NCBI GenBank assembly: GCA_046483495.1
Contig: JAWODC010000040.1
Span: forward strand, 1-64,000
Direction of reading: 5' to 3'
DNA from: Desulfobacterales bacterium
GTDB lineage: Bacteria; Desulfobacterota; Desulfobacteria; Desulfobacterales; UBA5616
Length of the DNA: 64,000 nucleotides
Both the position numbers and the translations under genes were made by a program. Below, piece after piece: positions 1 to 8,502 of the stretch; the first letter of the stretch is position 1; each line of letters starts with the position of its first letter. The notes under the pieces were generated by a model. The model had not been told where the DNA came from, searched no databases, and saw only the letters and a list, made by a program, of their open reading frames with translations.

Positions 1-59
1 TCGAAGGCCGGTTCATCGACGAATCGGCTATGAACCTTGGCGCCGCCTACCTTTTCTAA
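1..59 (+). CDS. 3' end of a gene entering from the left, possibly an outer-membrane beta-barrel protein
   Basis: Frame from nt 3 reads EGRFIDESAMNLGAAYLF-TAA. Terminal Phe and an aromatic residue at -3 fit a beta-signal. A strong hairpin follows. Confidence 0.45.
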   Translation, partial: EGRFIDESAMNLGAAYLF

Positions 60-116
60 AGGTGCGGGTTGGTGCGTAAAGAGTGTTTGTTGGTTGATTA
101 ATGTAACCCGGTCCAG

Positions 117-149
117 AATAACCGTCCACGCCCAGCGTGGACGGTTATT
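117..149. terminator. Perfect 15-bp stem hairpin, probable terminator
   Basis: AATAACCGTCCACGC-cca-GCGTGGACGGTTATT between convergent genes. Confidence 0.65.
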
Positions 150-152
150 GTA

Positions 153-300
153 TAGAAGTGGTTTCAAAACCTCCCCCTCAGGCCCGATATCGGCGTTGGG
201 AGGAAGGATTTAATGCTCAAAATACGTTATGTATTCCTGCGCTTGAATCCTTCCTCCCGCCTTGATCTTGGACCTGATTGAAGGTTTGAAACCACTTCTA
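153..300 (+). repeat. Long imperfect-palindrome element, copy A (MITE/REP-like)
   Basis: Terminal inverted repeats TAGAAGTGGTTTCAAA...TTTGAAACCACTTCTA; inner stem GGAGGAAGGATTTAA/TTGAATCCTTCCTCC; core CTCAAAATAC-N5-GTATTCCTGCG. Confidence 0.85.
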
Positions 301-399
301 GTGTTTTCAATCCGGTGTTCTGTTTTTGCGCATTCTCAACGGCTTCCCTTAAGGAAGTAAATGCCATAGCTGACCGAATTTCAGTAGTATTTGGCCGGA

Positions 400-2481
400 T
401 CAGAGTTTCTCAATTCTGCACAGCATGGCCCGGGTCTGCACGGATGCCGTAACCGGGCACTGGGGCGCGTTTCCGGTGACCTGGTTGATATTCACCCGTT
501 CCCAGCCGTTTTCGACCCCCTGCCAGTATCCGTGGGGCGAATGCACCACCTTGGGGTGGATGTTCGCGTCGGTTTTGATCTTAATTTCAACATCCCCGAC
601 GTTCGTCGCCAGCCGCACCCAATCGCCGTCGGCAACGCCGTATCGGGCCGCCGTTTCCGGGTGGATCTCCAGCTCGGGGTCCGGGGACAATTTCCGAAGG
701 GACGGCAGATTGCGGAGAGCGGAATGGTAATAGACGACATTTCTGCCGCCGGTGGTTAGAATCAATGGGTATCGCCGGTATAGGTCCGGGGTGCTCACCG
801 GGCTCTGCAACGGCTCCGAATATGTGGGCATAGGCGCATACCCCTGTTTTTCCAGCATCTCCGAATAGAGATCGACTTTTCCCGTACCCGACGGGGTCCG
901 GAACCCCCTGGTTTCATATCCCTTGTATGCCGTCGGACGGCTGAAGAATCCCTTCTCTTTAAATTCGGCAAAGGTCATGCCGAGGATTTCCGCGCGGTAG
1001 TCCAGCCCCTCCAGGACCGAGTTCCAGTAACCATCGAGTCCCATTTTTTTCGCCAGCTCCACCAGGATCCATTTCTCATCCCGGCACTCGCCCACCGGCT
1101 CCAGAGCCTTGCGCTGGCAGAACACGTAATTCATCATAAGAATGTCTTCCATGTCATCGCGCTCCGTCCAGTGGGCCGGGGGAAGCACGACGTCGGCAAG
1201 GGCGGTGGTGGGGGTATGGAAATAATCCGTGCAAAATAGAAAATCCAGTTCCATCAGGGCTTCCTTCACCTGTTTCGAATCGGCATAAGAGCACATGGCG
1301 TTGCTGGCGAAGAGCCCCAGGCCTTTGATTTGATAGGGGGTGCGTTCCAGAAGGGATTTCCACAACTGTTCGGGAATTCCCGATGCCCGGGTAATGATGG
1401 GAAATGTATCCAGGCCGATCCTTTTTTCCGCCTGCTCCGGCGGAAGGTTGTTCATCACGTTGAAATCCGTTCCGTAGCAGCTCCGGCGACCCGTCGGCGG
1501 GCGGAAATTGGGATTGCCGCCGGGAACCTCCAGGTTGCCTGTAATCGCGGCCAGCGCCACGAGCCCTCTGTTTAAATCAAATGCATTGGTGGCCTGTGAA
1601 GCCCCTGCCATACCCGGCCCGATTGTCGCCGGCTTTGTGGTTGCATACATCAGGGCCGCCTCTTCGATCTGTTTTGCCGGAATCCAGGTGATTGCTTCAC
1701 ATCGTTCCGGCGTGTAGTCTTTGACATGATCGGCCAATCGATCGAAACCCACTGTCCAGTTTTTTGCGAACGCTTCGTCATAAAGCTTCTTCTGAATAAT
1801 ACAATTTAAAAAGGTCAACACCAGTGCAATGTCCGTACCGGGCCTGATGCGAAGCCAGTGGTCCGCTTTTTTGGCCGAACGGGTCCGCCGGGGATCCACC
1901 ACGATGAGTTTGGCGCCGTTTTTCAACCCATCGCGAATGGCGGCTTTATAAAGACCGGGCCATGCATGGTCGGGATTTTGCGCCCATACCACCATGCACT
2001 TGCTCTGCGCATAGTCCGGGGCCAGCACAAACCCCATGGACATCACGCCGCCCACGGAAACAGGGCCGCCGCTCATGTGGGCCGGGGAGAAGTAATTCGG
2101 CGTTCCATAGGCGGTGATGAACCGATGGAGAAAAGGCGGCACCCCCCGGGTGGTCCCCGTTCCCACGGCAAAGTATTCGGGCCCCCATTTTTCCCGGATT
2201 TGAAGAAGCCGCCGGGAGATCCGATCCAGGGCGTAATCCCAGGAAACAGGTTCGAACCTGCCTTCGCCCCTTTCTCCTGTGCGCACCAGGGGCCGGGTAA
2301 TCCGTTCCGGGTGATAGACCAACTCCCCGCATGCTTTTCCCTTGGGGCACAGATAGCCCCGGCTGAATGGGTGGTCCTTGTTTCCTTTTATGCCCACCAA
2401 TTTTCCATTGTCGACCTCTAAAATCACCCCGCATCGGGAATGACACTCGAAACAAATGGACGTGACGAATTGTGCCGCCAT
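400..2481 (-). CDS. Molybdopterin/tungstopterin oxidoreductase (DMSO reductase superfamily, acetylene hydratase-like), cytoplasmic
   Basis: N-terminal CxxCxxxC..C 4Fe-4S motif (CFECHSRC...LCPKG), KLIVVDPR, ADVVLP, C-terminal molybdopterin dinucleotide-binding domain; no Tat signal. Confidence 0.9.
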   Translation of the reverse strand: MAAQFVTSICFECHSRCGVILEVDNGKLVGIKGNKDHPFSRGYLCPKGKACGELVYHPERITRPLVRTGERGEGRFEPVSWDYALDRISRRLLQIREKWGPEYFAVGTGTTRGVPPFLHRFITAYGTPNYFSPAHMSGGPVSVGGVMSMGFVLAPDYAQSKCMVVWAQNPDHAWPGLYKAAIRDGLKNGAKLIVVDPRRTRSAKKADHWLRIRPGTDIALVLTFLNCIIQKKLYDEAFAKNWTVGFDRLADHVKDYTPERCEAITWIPAKQIEEAALMYATTKPATIGPGMAGASQATNAFDLNRGLVALAAITGNLEVPGGNPNFRPPTGRRSCYGTDFNVMNNLPPEQAEKRIGLDTFPIITRASGIPEQLWKSLLERTPYQIKGLGLFASNAMCSYADSKQVKEALMELDFLFCTDYFHTPTTALADVVLPPAHWTERDDMEDILMMNYVFCQRKALEPVGECRDEKWILVELAKKMGLDGYWNSVLEGLDYRAEILGMTFAEFKEKGFFSRPTAYKGYETRGFRTPSGTGKVDLYSEMLEKQGYAPMPTYSEPLQSPVSTPDLYRRYPLILTTGGRNVVYYHSALRNLPSLRKLSPDPELEIHPETAARYGVADGDWVRLATNVGDVEIKIKTDANIHPKVVHSPHGYWQGVENGWERVNINQVTGNAPQCPVTASVQTRAMLCRIEKL

Positions 2482-2777
2482 GCGCTCTCCCTTTTATATG
2501 GACAAATCAAGATATCCGGATCTGACAACAGGCCCTCAGGAGAAATGAGCCGACGATCTCCAAGGCCGGTGTTTAAACCCGAAAAAGGGTAATGGATCGA
2601 TCGGCTGAATTGCAAGCAATTTTTTTCATTTTTGCAGCCTAATCTTATTTACAAAGGCGGTTTGACTGTCATAAGCTTCGATAATTCGACAATCGCCCAA
2701 ATATTTCGAGCATTTTTTTAAAGCGCCTGAAACGGCCCGGCAGGTCGTTCAACCCGGTTGAGCAAGGGAGAATGCCA

Positions 2778-3821
2778 ATGGATAAAACAGAATACAACAC
2801 CATGAAAACCATCGTCATGCAGGGGCCGGGAGAGCGGCTGATATCGAGTGAAAGGCTTGTTCCGGTTCCGGGGAAAAACCAGCTTCTGTTGAAAGTAAAG
2901 GCCTGCGGTATATGCGGGTCCGACCTGCACTGGGCCCGGCTTGGCCTGGCAAAACCGGGGTCCATTCCGGGGCACGAATTTTCGGGCGAGGTGGTGCAGG
3001 TCGGTGACGGCGCCGAAGCAGACTTCGATCGGGGCGATCGGGTGACCGGCTATCCCATTCGAACCTGCGGCGACTGTCCGGCGTGTGCCGCCGGCGATGT
3101 AAAAAGATGTCCCAAAGTGAAGGGGCTCGGGCTGGGCAACCGAAACTGTGACGGTGCCTATGCCGAATATGTAGTGGTGGACACCAACGTGTCGATCAAA
3201 ATTCCCGATACCGTGTCCTGGGAAACAGCCGCCTGTATCGAGCCGTTTTCGGTAGGGCTCTACGCGGTTAAAAGAGCCTGTATCAGGCCGGGTCAGCATG
3301 TTCTTGTCATCGGGGCCGGACCCATCGGCCTTGCCGCAGCAGTATGGAGCCGGTTCTGCGGTGCGGGCAAAGTCATCGTGAGTGAACGTTCAAAGGAGAG
3401 AATGCAGATCGCATTGAAGATGGGGGCCGACGATGTTATCGATGCCCAAACAGACGTGGCAGCGGCATTTGCCTCGAAGACGGGGAACAGGCCGGATATC
3501 ATCGTGGAGGCCGTGGGGGCGCCGGGCTTGATACAGCACTGTATCGACATTGCACCTCCCGGATGCCGAATCGTTGTTGCAGGCGCTTGTATGGAAGAAG
3601 ACCGGTTTCGTCCGAGCATGGCCATTTCCAAAGACCTGGAGTTTTCTTTCACTGTCGGCTACGACCTGGAAGATTTCTGTTTTGCATTGGATATGGCGGG
3701 CAAAGGACGGATTCATCCGGAACGGATGATCACCCACAAGGTCGGCCTCGACGACCTGCCCGATGCCTTTGAGAAGCTCAAAAACCCGACGGATCAGTGC
3801 AAGGTCATGATCATACCGTGA
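2778..3821 (+). CDS. Zinc-dependent alcohol dehydrogenase (MDR family)
   Basis: CGICGSD, GHEFSG, structural Zn site CGDCPAC..C, GAGPIG; start placed at 2778 from spacing to AAGGGAG. Confidence 0.9.
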   Translation: MDKTEYNTMKTIVMQGPGERLISSERLVPVPGKNQLLLKVKACGICGSDLHWARLGLAKPGSIPGHEFSGEVVQVGDGAEADFDRGDRVTGYPIRTCGDCPACAAGDVKRCPKVKGLGLGNRNCDGAYAEYVVVDTNVSIKIPDTVSWETAACIEPFSVGLYAVKRACIRPGQHVLVIGAGPIGLAAAVWSRFCGAGKVIVSERSKERMQIALKMGADDVIDAQTDVAAAFASKTGNRPDIIVEAVGAPGLIQHCIDIAPPGCRIVVAGACMEEDRFRPSMAISKDLEFSFTVGYDLEDFCFALDMAGKGRIHPERMITHKVGLDDLPDAFEKLKNPTDQCKVMIIP

Positions 3822-3884
3822 CCCATCATTTTTGGCATCTTATGAAATCTGTATATCAATGTTGGACGAAATTCACAAATTAGT

Positions 3885-4030
3885 AAGTGTCCATCCGAAA
3901 ATAGGCAATTTCGCGTGAGTTCAAGGCGGACGCAAGATCGAAACCGCAGGAATAGTGTACTGTTTTGAGGATTTCGATTTTGCGTCCAACGCAGAAATCG
4001 CGTGAAAGGGCCGTTTATGGATGGTCACTA
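3885..4030 (-). repeat. Hairpin element copy B (TAGTG-type ends)
   Basis: Ends AGTGTCCATCC/GGATGGTCACT; stem GGACGCAAGATCGAAA/TTTCGATTTTGCGTCC; minus-strand core ATCCTCAAAACAG..CTATTCCTGCGG with GCGTTGG and CCGCCTTGA. Confidence 0.85.
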
Positions 4031-4041
4031 GGGAGATAAAT

Positions 4042-4668
4042 ATGCTGTCCGTTGAAACACTCGTAACATTTATTACAGCTTCAATTCTGCTTGGACTGGC
4101 GCCGGGTCCCGACAATATATTTGTGTTAACACAATCCGCTTTACGCGGGAAGGGCTCCGGACTGATCGTTATGCTGGGTTTATGTACGGGACTCATCGTT
4201 CACACCATGGCTGTCGCCCTTGGTGTTGCAATCATTTTTCAGACATCTGCAATTGCATTTACTGTTCTCAAATTCATCGGTGCAGGCTATCTCCTTTATC
4301 TTGCCTGGAAAGCCTTCAGAGCCCCGGTTGAACGAATCAAGGGCGAATCCCACCAGGTTATCGATTATCGAAAGCTTTATTTTCGCGGCATAATCATGAA
4401 TATCACGAATCCTAAAGTATCCATTTTCTTTTTGGCCTTTTTGCCGCAATTTGCGGATCCGGCAAGAGGGCCGATATCAATACAACTGTTACTGCTTGGA
4501 GGCTTATTTATACTCGCTACGATATTGGTTTTTGGAAACATTGCGCTGCTTGGGGGCACTATCGGGCAATTGATAAGTCGATCAGGCCATACCCAAAAAA
4601 TCTTAAACAGGGTTGCCGGTACTGTTTTTGTCGGCTTAGCTATAAAGCTGGCTGCTTCGAATAGATAG
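4042..4668 (+). CDS. LysE/RhtB family amino-acid exporter
   Basis: LAPGPDN, GAGYLLYLAW and NITNPK motifs; hydrophobic; GGGAG RBS before ATG 4042. Confidence 0.9.
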   Translation: MLSVETLVTFITASILLGLAPGPDNIFVLTQSALRGKGSGLIVMLGLCTGLIVHTMAVALGVAIIFQTSAIAFTVLKFIGAGYLLYLAWKAFRAPVERIKGESHQVIDYRKLYFRGIIMNITNPKVSIFFLAFLPQFADPARGPISIQLLLLGGLFILATILVFGNIALLGGTIGQLISRSGHTQKILNRVAGTVFVGLAIKLAASNR

Positions 4669-4787
4669 TGCCCAACCATAAATGGCTGATTCGCTCCATT
4701 CCGGCGTTGGCCGGTAAACTTTAACCATCAAAATACGCAATGTGATCCTGGGGTTAAGAATTACCGGCCGTTTCCGGGTGTGCACTA
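4666..4787 (+). repeat. Hairpin element copy C, filling the whole lysE-hcp intergenic space
   Basis: TAGTGCCCAACC...GGGTGTGCACTA; stem GGCCGGTAAACTTTAACC/GGTTAAGAATTACCGGCC; core TCAAAATAC; right arm partly deleted. Confidence 0.8.
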
Positions 4788-6413
4788 ACCTAAAATCGCA
4801 GCCATATCCTCACCAGGCGTTTTGATGGGCATGATGTTGAACTTTTCAACCAGCACATTTAAGATGTTGGGTGAGATAAAGGCCGGCAGTGAAGGCCCCA
4901 ACCGAATATCCCTTATGCCGATATAAAGGAGGGTCAGCAAAATGGCGCAGGCCTTTTGTTCGTACCATGAAAGCACCATGGAAAGAGGCAGGTCGTTCAC
5001 AGTGCAATCAAATGCATCGGCCAGTGCGACGGCGATTTGCACCGCGGAATAGGCATCATTGCATTGCCCTATATCCAGAAGCCTCGGCATGCCGCCGATA
5101 TCGCCCAAATCCTTGTCAAAGAAACGGAATTTGCCGCATGCAAGGGTTAAAACCACACAGTCATCCGGAACTTTTTCCACAAATTCCGTGTAGTAATTTC
5201 TGCCCGGTTTTGCCCCGTCACACCCTGCAACCAGAAAAAAGTGCCGAATGGCCTTGTTTTTCACGGCCTCGATAACCTTGTCTGCAACACCGAGTACGGC
5301 ATTATGGGCAAACCCCACCATGACGTATTTGGTTTCTGTGTCTTCGGGAAAACCGGGCATCGCCAACGCTTTTTCAATGGCCGGAGTAAAGTCCTTATCG
5401 GCGATATGGGCGACCCCCGGCCAACCCACCAGACCGGTGGTAAACAGGTTGTCCTTATAAATTTCTTCAGGTTTTTGAATGCAGTTGGTGGTCATGATGA
5501 TAGCTCCGGGGAATTCGGCAAACTCTTTGGCCTGGTTTTGCCAGGCGGTTCCGTAATGACCGAAAAAATGATCGTGTTTCTTGAGCTCGGGATACCCATG
5601 GCAGGGCAGCATTTCCCCGTGGGTGTATACATGGATGCCTTTTCCACGGGTTTGTTTCAGTATGGCGTCAAGGTCCTTTAAATCATGTCCGGAGACCAGA
5701 ATCGCTTTTCCTTTCCGGGTCCCCAGCGGCACCTTTGTAGGCACCGGATGCCCGTAGGTGCCTGTGTGTGCTGCATCCAGCAATTCCATGGTCTTCAAGT
5801 TAATCGCTCCGCATTTTAAAACCAGCGAAACGAGATCGTCGGCGGAAAGGTCTTTGTTCAGAGTGGCGGCCATGGCCTCATGGATAAACGCAAAAACCGA
5901 ATCATCGGTTCGACCCAATATGGCGGCATGATCTGCATATGCGGCCACACCTTTAATTCCGTACACCAGCAACTCACGCAGGGACAGAATATCCGGATGA
6001 ATATCGGGGTCCGATTTCAGGCCGACTGCTTCCCCCTGGGCTACAAGACCGTCCATTGTCGAAGCCGGCTGGAAAGTGGCCGCACTGTCGTGAAAACCTG
6101 TTTGAACCCCTGCGGAGGAGAGCCTGTTTTTGAGTTCTTCACGGTATGCAACGGATGTGTCGATTCGTTGTACAAACCGTTCCGGGTCAAAATCCACATT
6201 GGTCAATGTCGAAAAAACAGCTTCGCAGGTGAAATGATTGATGTCGTCGTCGATGATGCCGGATTTTAGTGCTGCGGCAGCATACAAGGACAAACCTTTC
6301 ACCGCATAAATCAATAGATCCTGGAGCGCCGCAACATCCGGCTGTTTTCCACACACACCGATTTTCGTACATCCTTCGCCTTTGGCGGTCTGTTCGCACT
6401 GGAAGCAAAACAT
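4785..6413 (-). CDS. hcp: Hybrid cluster protein (hydroxylamine reductase / prismane)
   Basis: MFCFQCEQTAKGEGCTKIGVCGK N-terminus, GHDL, YTHGEMLP, AGCDG, GQCNDAY, SWYEQK. Confidence 0.97.
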   Translation of the reverse strand: MFCFQCEQTAKGEGCTKIGVCGKQPDVAALQDLLIYAVKGLSLYAAAALKSGIIDDDINHFTCEAVFSTLTNVDFDPERFVQRIDTSVAYREELKNRLSSAGVQTGFHDSAATFQPASTMDGLVAQGEAVGLKSDPDIHPDILSLRELLVYGIKGVAAYADHAAILGRTDDSVFAFIHEAMAATLNKDLSADDLVSLVLKCGAINLKTMELLDAAHTGTYGHPVPTKVPLGTRKGKAILVSGHDLKDLDAILKQTRGKGIHVYTHGEMLPCHGYPELKKHDHFFGHYGTAWQNQAKEFAEFPGAIIMTTNCIQKPEEIYKDNLFTTGLVGWPGVAHIADKDFTPAIEKALAMPGFPEDTETKYVMVGFAHNAVLGVADKVIEAVKNKAIRHFFLVAGCDGAKPGRNYYTEFVEKVPDDCVVLTLACGKFRFFDKDLGDIGGMPRLLDIGQCNDAYSAVQIAVALADAFDCTVNDLPLSMVLSWYEQKACAILLTLLYIGIRDIRLGPSLPAFISPNILNVLVEKFNIMPIKTPGEDMAAILG

Positions 6414-6433
6414 TTCAATTCTCCTTTCGATTT

Positions 6434-6450
6434 TAGAACCGGTTTCAAAA
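6434..6450 (+). repeat. Lone terminal repeat of the copy A/D subtype
   Basis: TAGAACCGGTTTCAAAA matches the ends of copies A and D. Confidence 0.5.
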
Positions 6451-6495
6451 AATTTGGTTTATGGGACTCTTTTATCCCACTATTCGGCTTGGATC

Positions 6496-6511
6496 TTTGA
6501 TTTAAGTCAAA
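6496..6511. promoter_or_regulatory. FNR/Dnr/HcpR-type operator upstream of hcp
   Basis: TTTGAT-TTAA-GTCAAA matches TTGAT-N4-ATCAA with one mismatch, ~85 bp upstream of the hcp start. Confidence 0.65.
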
Positions 6512-6683
6512 AAACGGAAACTTTTTTGCCAAAGGTGAAATGCTTCACGGCTTGTCCGGGGGGAACAGGCTCCAACATAATATAAAAACGCCTGCTGTAT
6601 AGATACCTTACCTTATTGCTACTTAAAGGCCGACAGCTTACCTGCAGACAGTTGGGAACTCATTTAAAATAAGGAGATGACAA

Positions 6684-6750
6684 ATGCAAAACATGACACC
6701 CCCGAAAGGCTTTCAGGATATGCTTGGTTTCCCCCTGATTGAAGCCTTTT
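6684..6750 (+). pseudogene. Probable N-terminal gene fragment
   Basis: Strong RBS (TAAGGAG) and a plausible start MQNMTPPKGFQDMLGFPLIEA, after which the reading frame looks unrelated. Confidence 0.35.
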
Positions 6751-6869
6751 GCCCTTCGGAGGGGGACTTGATAAATTCCTTGATTTTAACCTCGGAGGCC
6801 TTTCGACACAAATTTTTGAAGGGGTCCTCCCATAGATTGTATTCTTTTTGCATGGATGTCCAAATATAC

Positions 6870-7379
6870 CTAAGCCCGAGATGCTTGAGGATATCTTCGT
6901 AATTTACCCGACTTTTGGATCTCCGATAAGTACCATTCTGTCATGTTGTCACCTAAAACCAAACCCGATTTGATTGGGAAAACTACCGCCTTATCGATGT
7001 TCAACAGGTCCATCTCAGCTAAAAGGTTGGGGATGGTATGGGTTTTTGTAACTGAACTCCCTATTGGCGTCATCTGCAAGAGGGTGGTTTTAGTCATTTT
7101 TTTCTTATCTGCTGAAGTCTGGTTCTTGTTCATGTAAACGTTCAGTGACATTTCGCAGTCGGATTCTATATAGTATTCTGTTTTCGGGGTCGATCGTTGA
7201 AGATTCGGCTTCAAACAAGTAAATCCGTTCAATGCGAAATGCACGTGGCCATCGATGCCGCCTTCCAGGTTATCCAAGGTCAAGCGAAGCAAACCCCTGT
7301 CTGTCATTTCAAAGTATGACAGATCGGTAAGCCCTTTAAAACCATGGTAGATTTTATTTTTCATGAAAGGCGTTATCAA
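6870..7379 (-). pseudogene. Truncated amidohydrolase-family protein (N-terminal part only)
   Basis: IDGHVH metal motif and LLAEMDLLNIDKAVV typical of amidohydro_2; ORF ends at 169 aa without the C-terminal barrel half. Confidence 0.6.
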
Positions 7380-7577
7380 TTTCGTATTTGTTTATTGACG
7401 GATTAGATCTTCACCGTGGCACCGGGTTGGCACGCTTCATCAAGCTCAATTAAGAAGAAATAAGCTTTCGGCGAAACGTCGATCTATGAGCGCATTGCTG
7501 AATGTTTTCAAAAGTATGCCCGTGCGTTTCCAGAATGGCGAGGCTCGAATCAGGCGGCCTGTCTGTTGCGGCCGAGT

Positions 7578-7622
7578 CAAAACATTCAAAACGCTCTCAA
7601 CGATCGAAACGATCAAAACTTT
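7578..7622. repeat. Imperfect 9-bp tandem repeat, 5 units
   Basis: CAAAACATT CAAAACGCT CTCAACGAT CGAAACGAT CAAAACTTT. Confidence 0.55.
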
Positions 7623-7624
7623 TT

Positions 7625-8086
7625 TCAATCCCCGACAGAGATCTCCCCATCCTGAGCAGCAACGAACTTCCAATTTCCATTCTCTTTTACAAAAACTTCG
7701 ATGAACCGACCGGTATAATAGGTAGGCGGACCGTTTTTGAGCGTGAGGGTGGACGTATATTGGCCGTATGCGATGCCGGTATTCCCGATTACGTTATATT
7801 TGATGTTGACCGGTATCATTTTCCATGATGCGATGCTCTCTTTTGCTTCGGAAAAAACGGCTTTTAGCATATCCCTGCCTTCGACGGCAAACACAGCATT
7901 GGGTAAAAACATAACCGCATCTTCATGCATCATGGTAGCCATCGTATCGAAATCCAGCGTGTTGAACAGATTGAACCACTTTCCGTAAAAGGCTTTAAAC
8001 TCATCTATATCCTCTTGGGCATAAAGAATCCCCGGTGCTGTCAGCAAAAGTCCGATTAACACAACGGTTGTCATTCGACGGATCAT
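7625..8086 (-). CDS. Secreted NTF2-like (DUF4440/SnoaL-like) protein
   Basis: Signal peptide, then pattern VEGRD...GNTGIAYG...GRFIEVFVKENGNWKFV. Confidence 0.8.
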   Translation of the reverse strand: MIRRMTTVVLIGLLLTAPGILYAQEDIDEFKAFYGKWFNLFNTLDFDTMATMMHEDAVMFLPNAVFAVEGRDMLKAVFSEAKESIASWKMIPVNIKYNVIGNTGIAYGQYTSTLTLKNGPPTYYTGRFIEVFVKENGNWKFVAAQDGEISVGD

Positions 8087-8248
8087 TACAGGCCTCCTTT
8101 GGTTTGGTTTGCGGTTTGTTTTTTAATAAATCGTGTTATTTACGACAAGCATACTTTACATGGAATTTGTTTATGATTGCTACAGCCGTCCTGTTTGAAG
8201 GAACAAGTAAAGCCTAAAATAAACAACTACTTATAGTATCTTTATCTC

Positions 8249-8319
8249 ACCACGGAGCACGAAGAAAAACCAAAAATGAATGTAAAAAATTATCTTCGTG
8301 AGCTTCGTGCTCTTGTGGT
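8249..8319. repeat. REP-like inverted repeat (CACGAAG/CTTCGTG type)
   Basis: ACCACGGAGCACGAAG...CTTCGTGAGCTTCGTGCTCTTGTGGT around an AT-rich spacer. Confidence 0.7.
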
Positions 8320-8436
8320 TTTTACGTATCCCCAGAAATAATGTAAGTGGCGGCTGATCTGCCGAATGAATTGTCTTGAGAGTAAAGACCGGCCGAAAAA
8401 AGTGTAAATCCGTCCCTATCCCAAATGATGCTGAAA

Positions 8437-8476
8437 GAAGCAATCGGCAGCAACGGAAACGGCTGCCGGTTGCTTC
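8437..8476 (-). terminator. Hairpin downstream of the fasciclin gene
   Basis: GAAGCAATCGGCAGC...GCTGCCGGTTGCTTC. Confidence 0.55.
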
Positions 8477-8502
8477 AAATCGGAATACGACCGGGAATAT
8501 TG

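Noticed and set aside
153..4787. Hairpin elements as integron attC sites
   Set aside because: They lack RYYYAAC/GTTRRRY ends, occur in both orientations, and no intI is present
6860..6905. ILKHLGL peptide on the minus strand resembling IS91-like transposase tails
   Set aside because: Only 7 residues; too short to support
7427..7443. Sigma-54 -24 element TTGGCACG
   Set aside because: No TTGC -12 element and no gene on that strand
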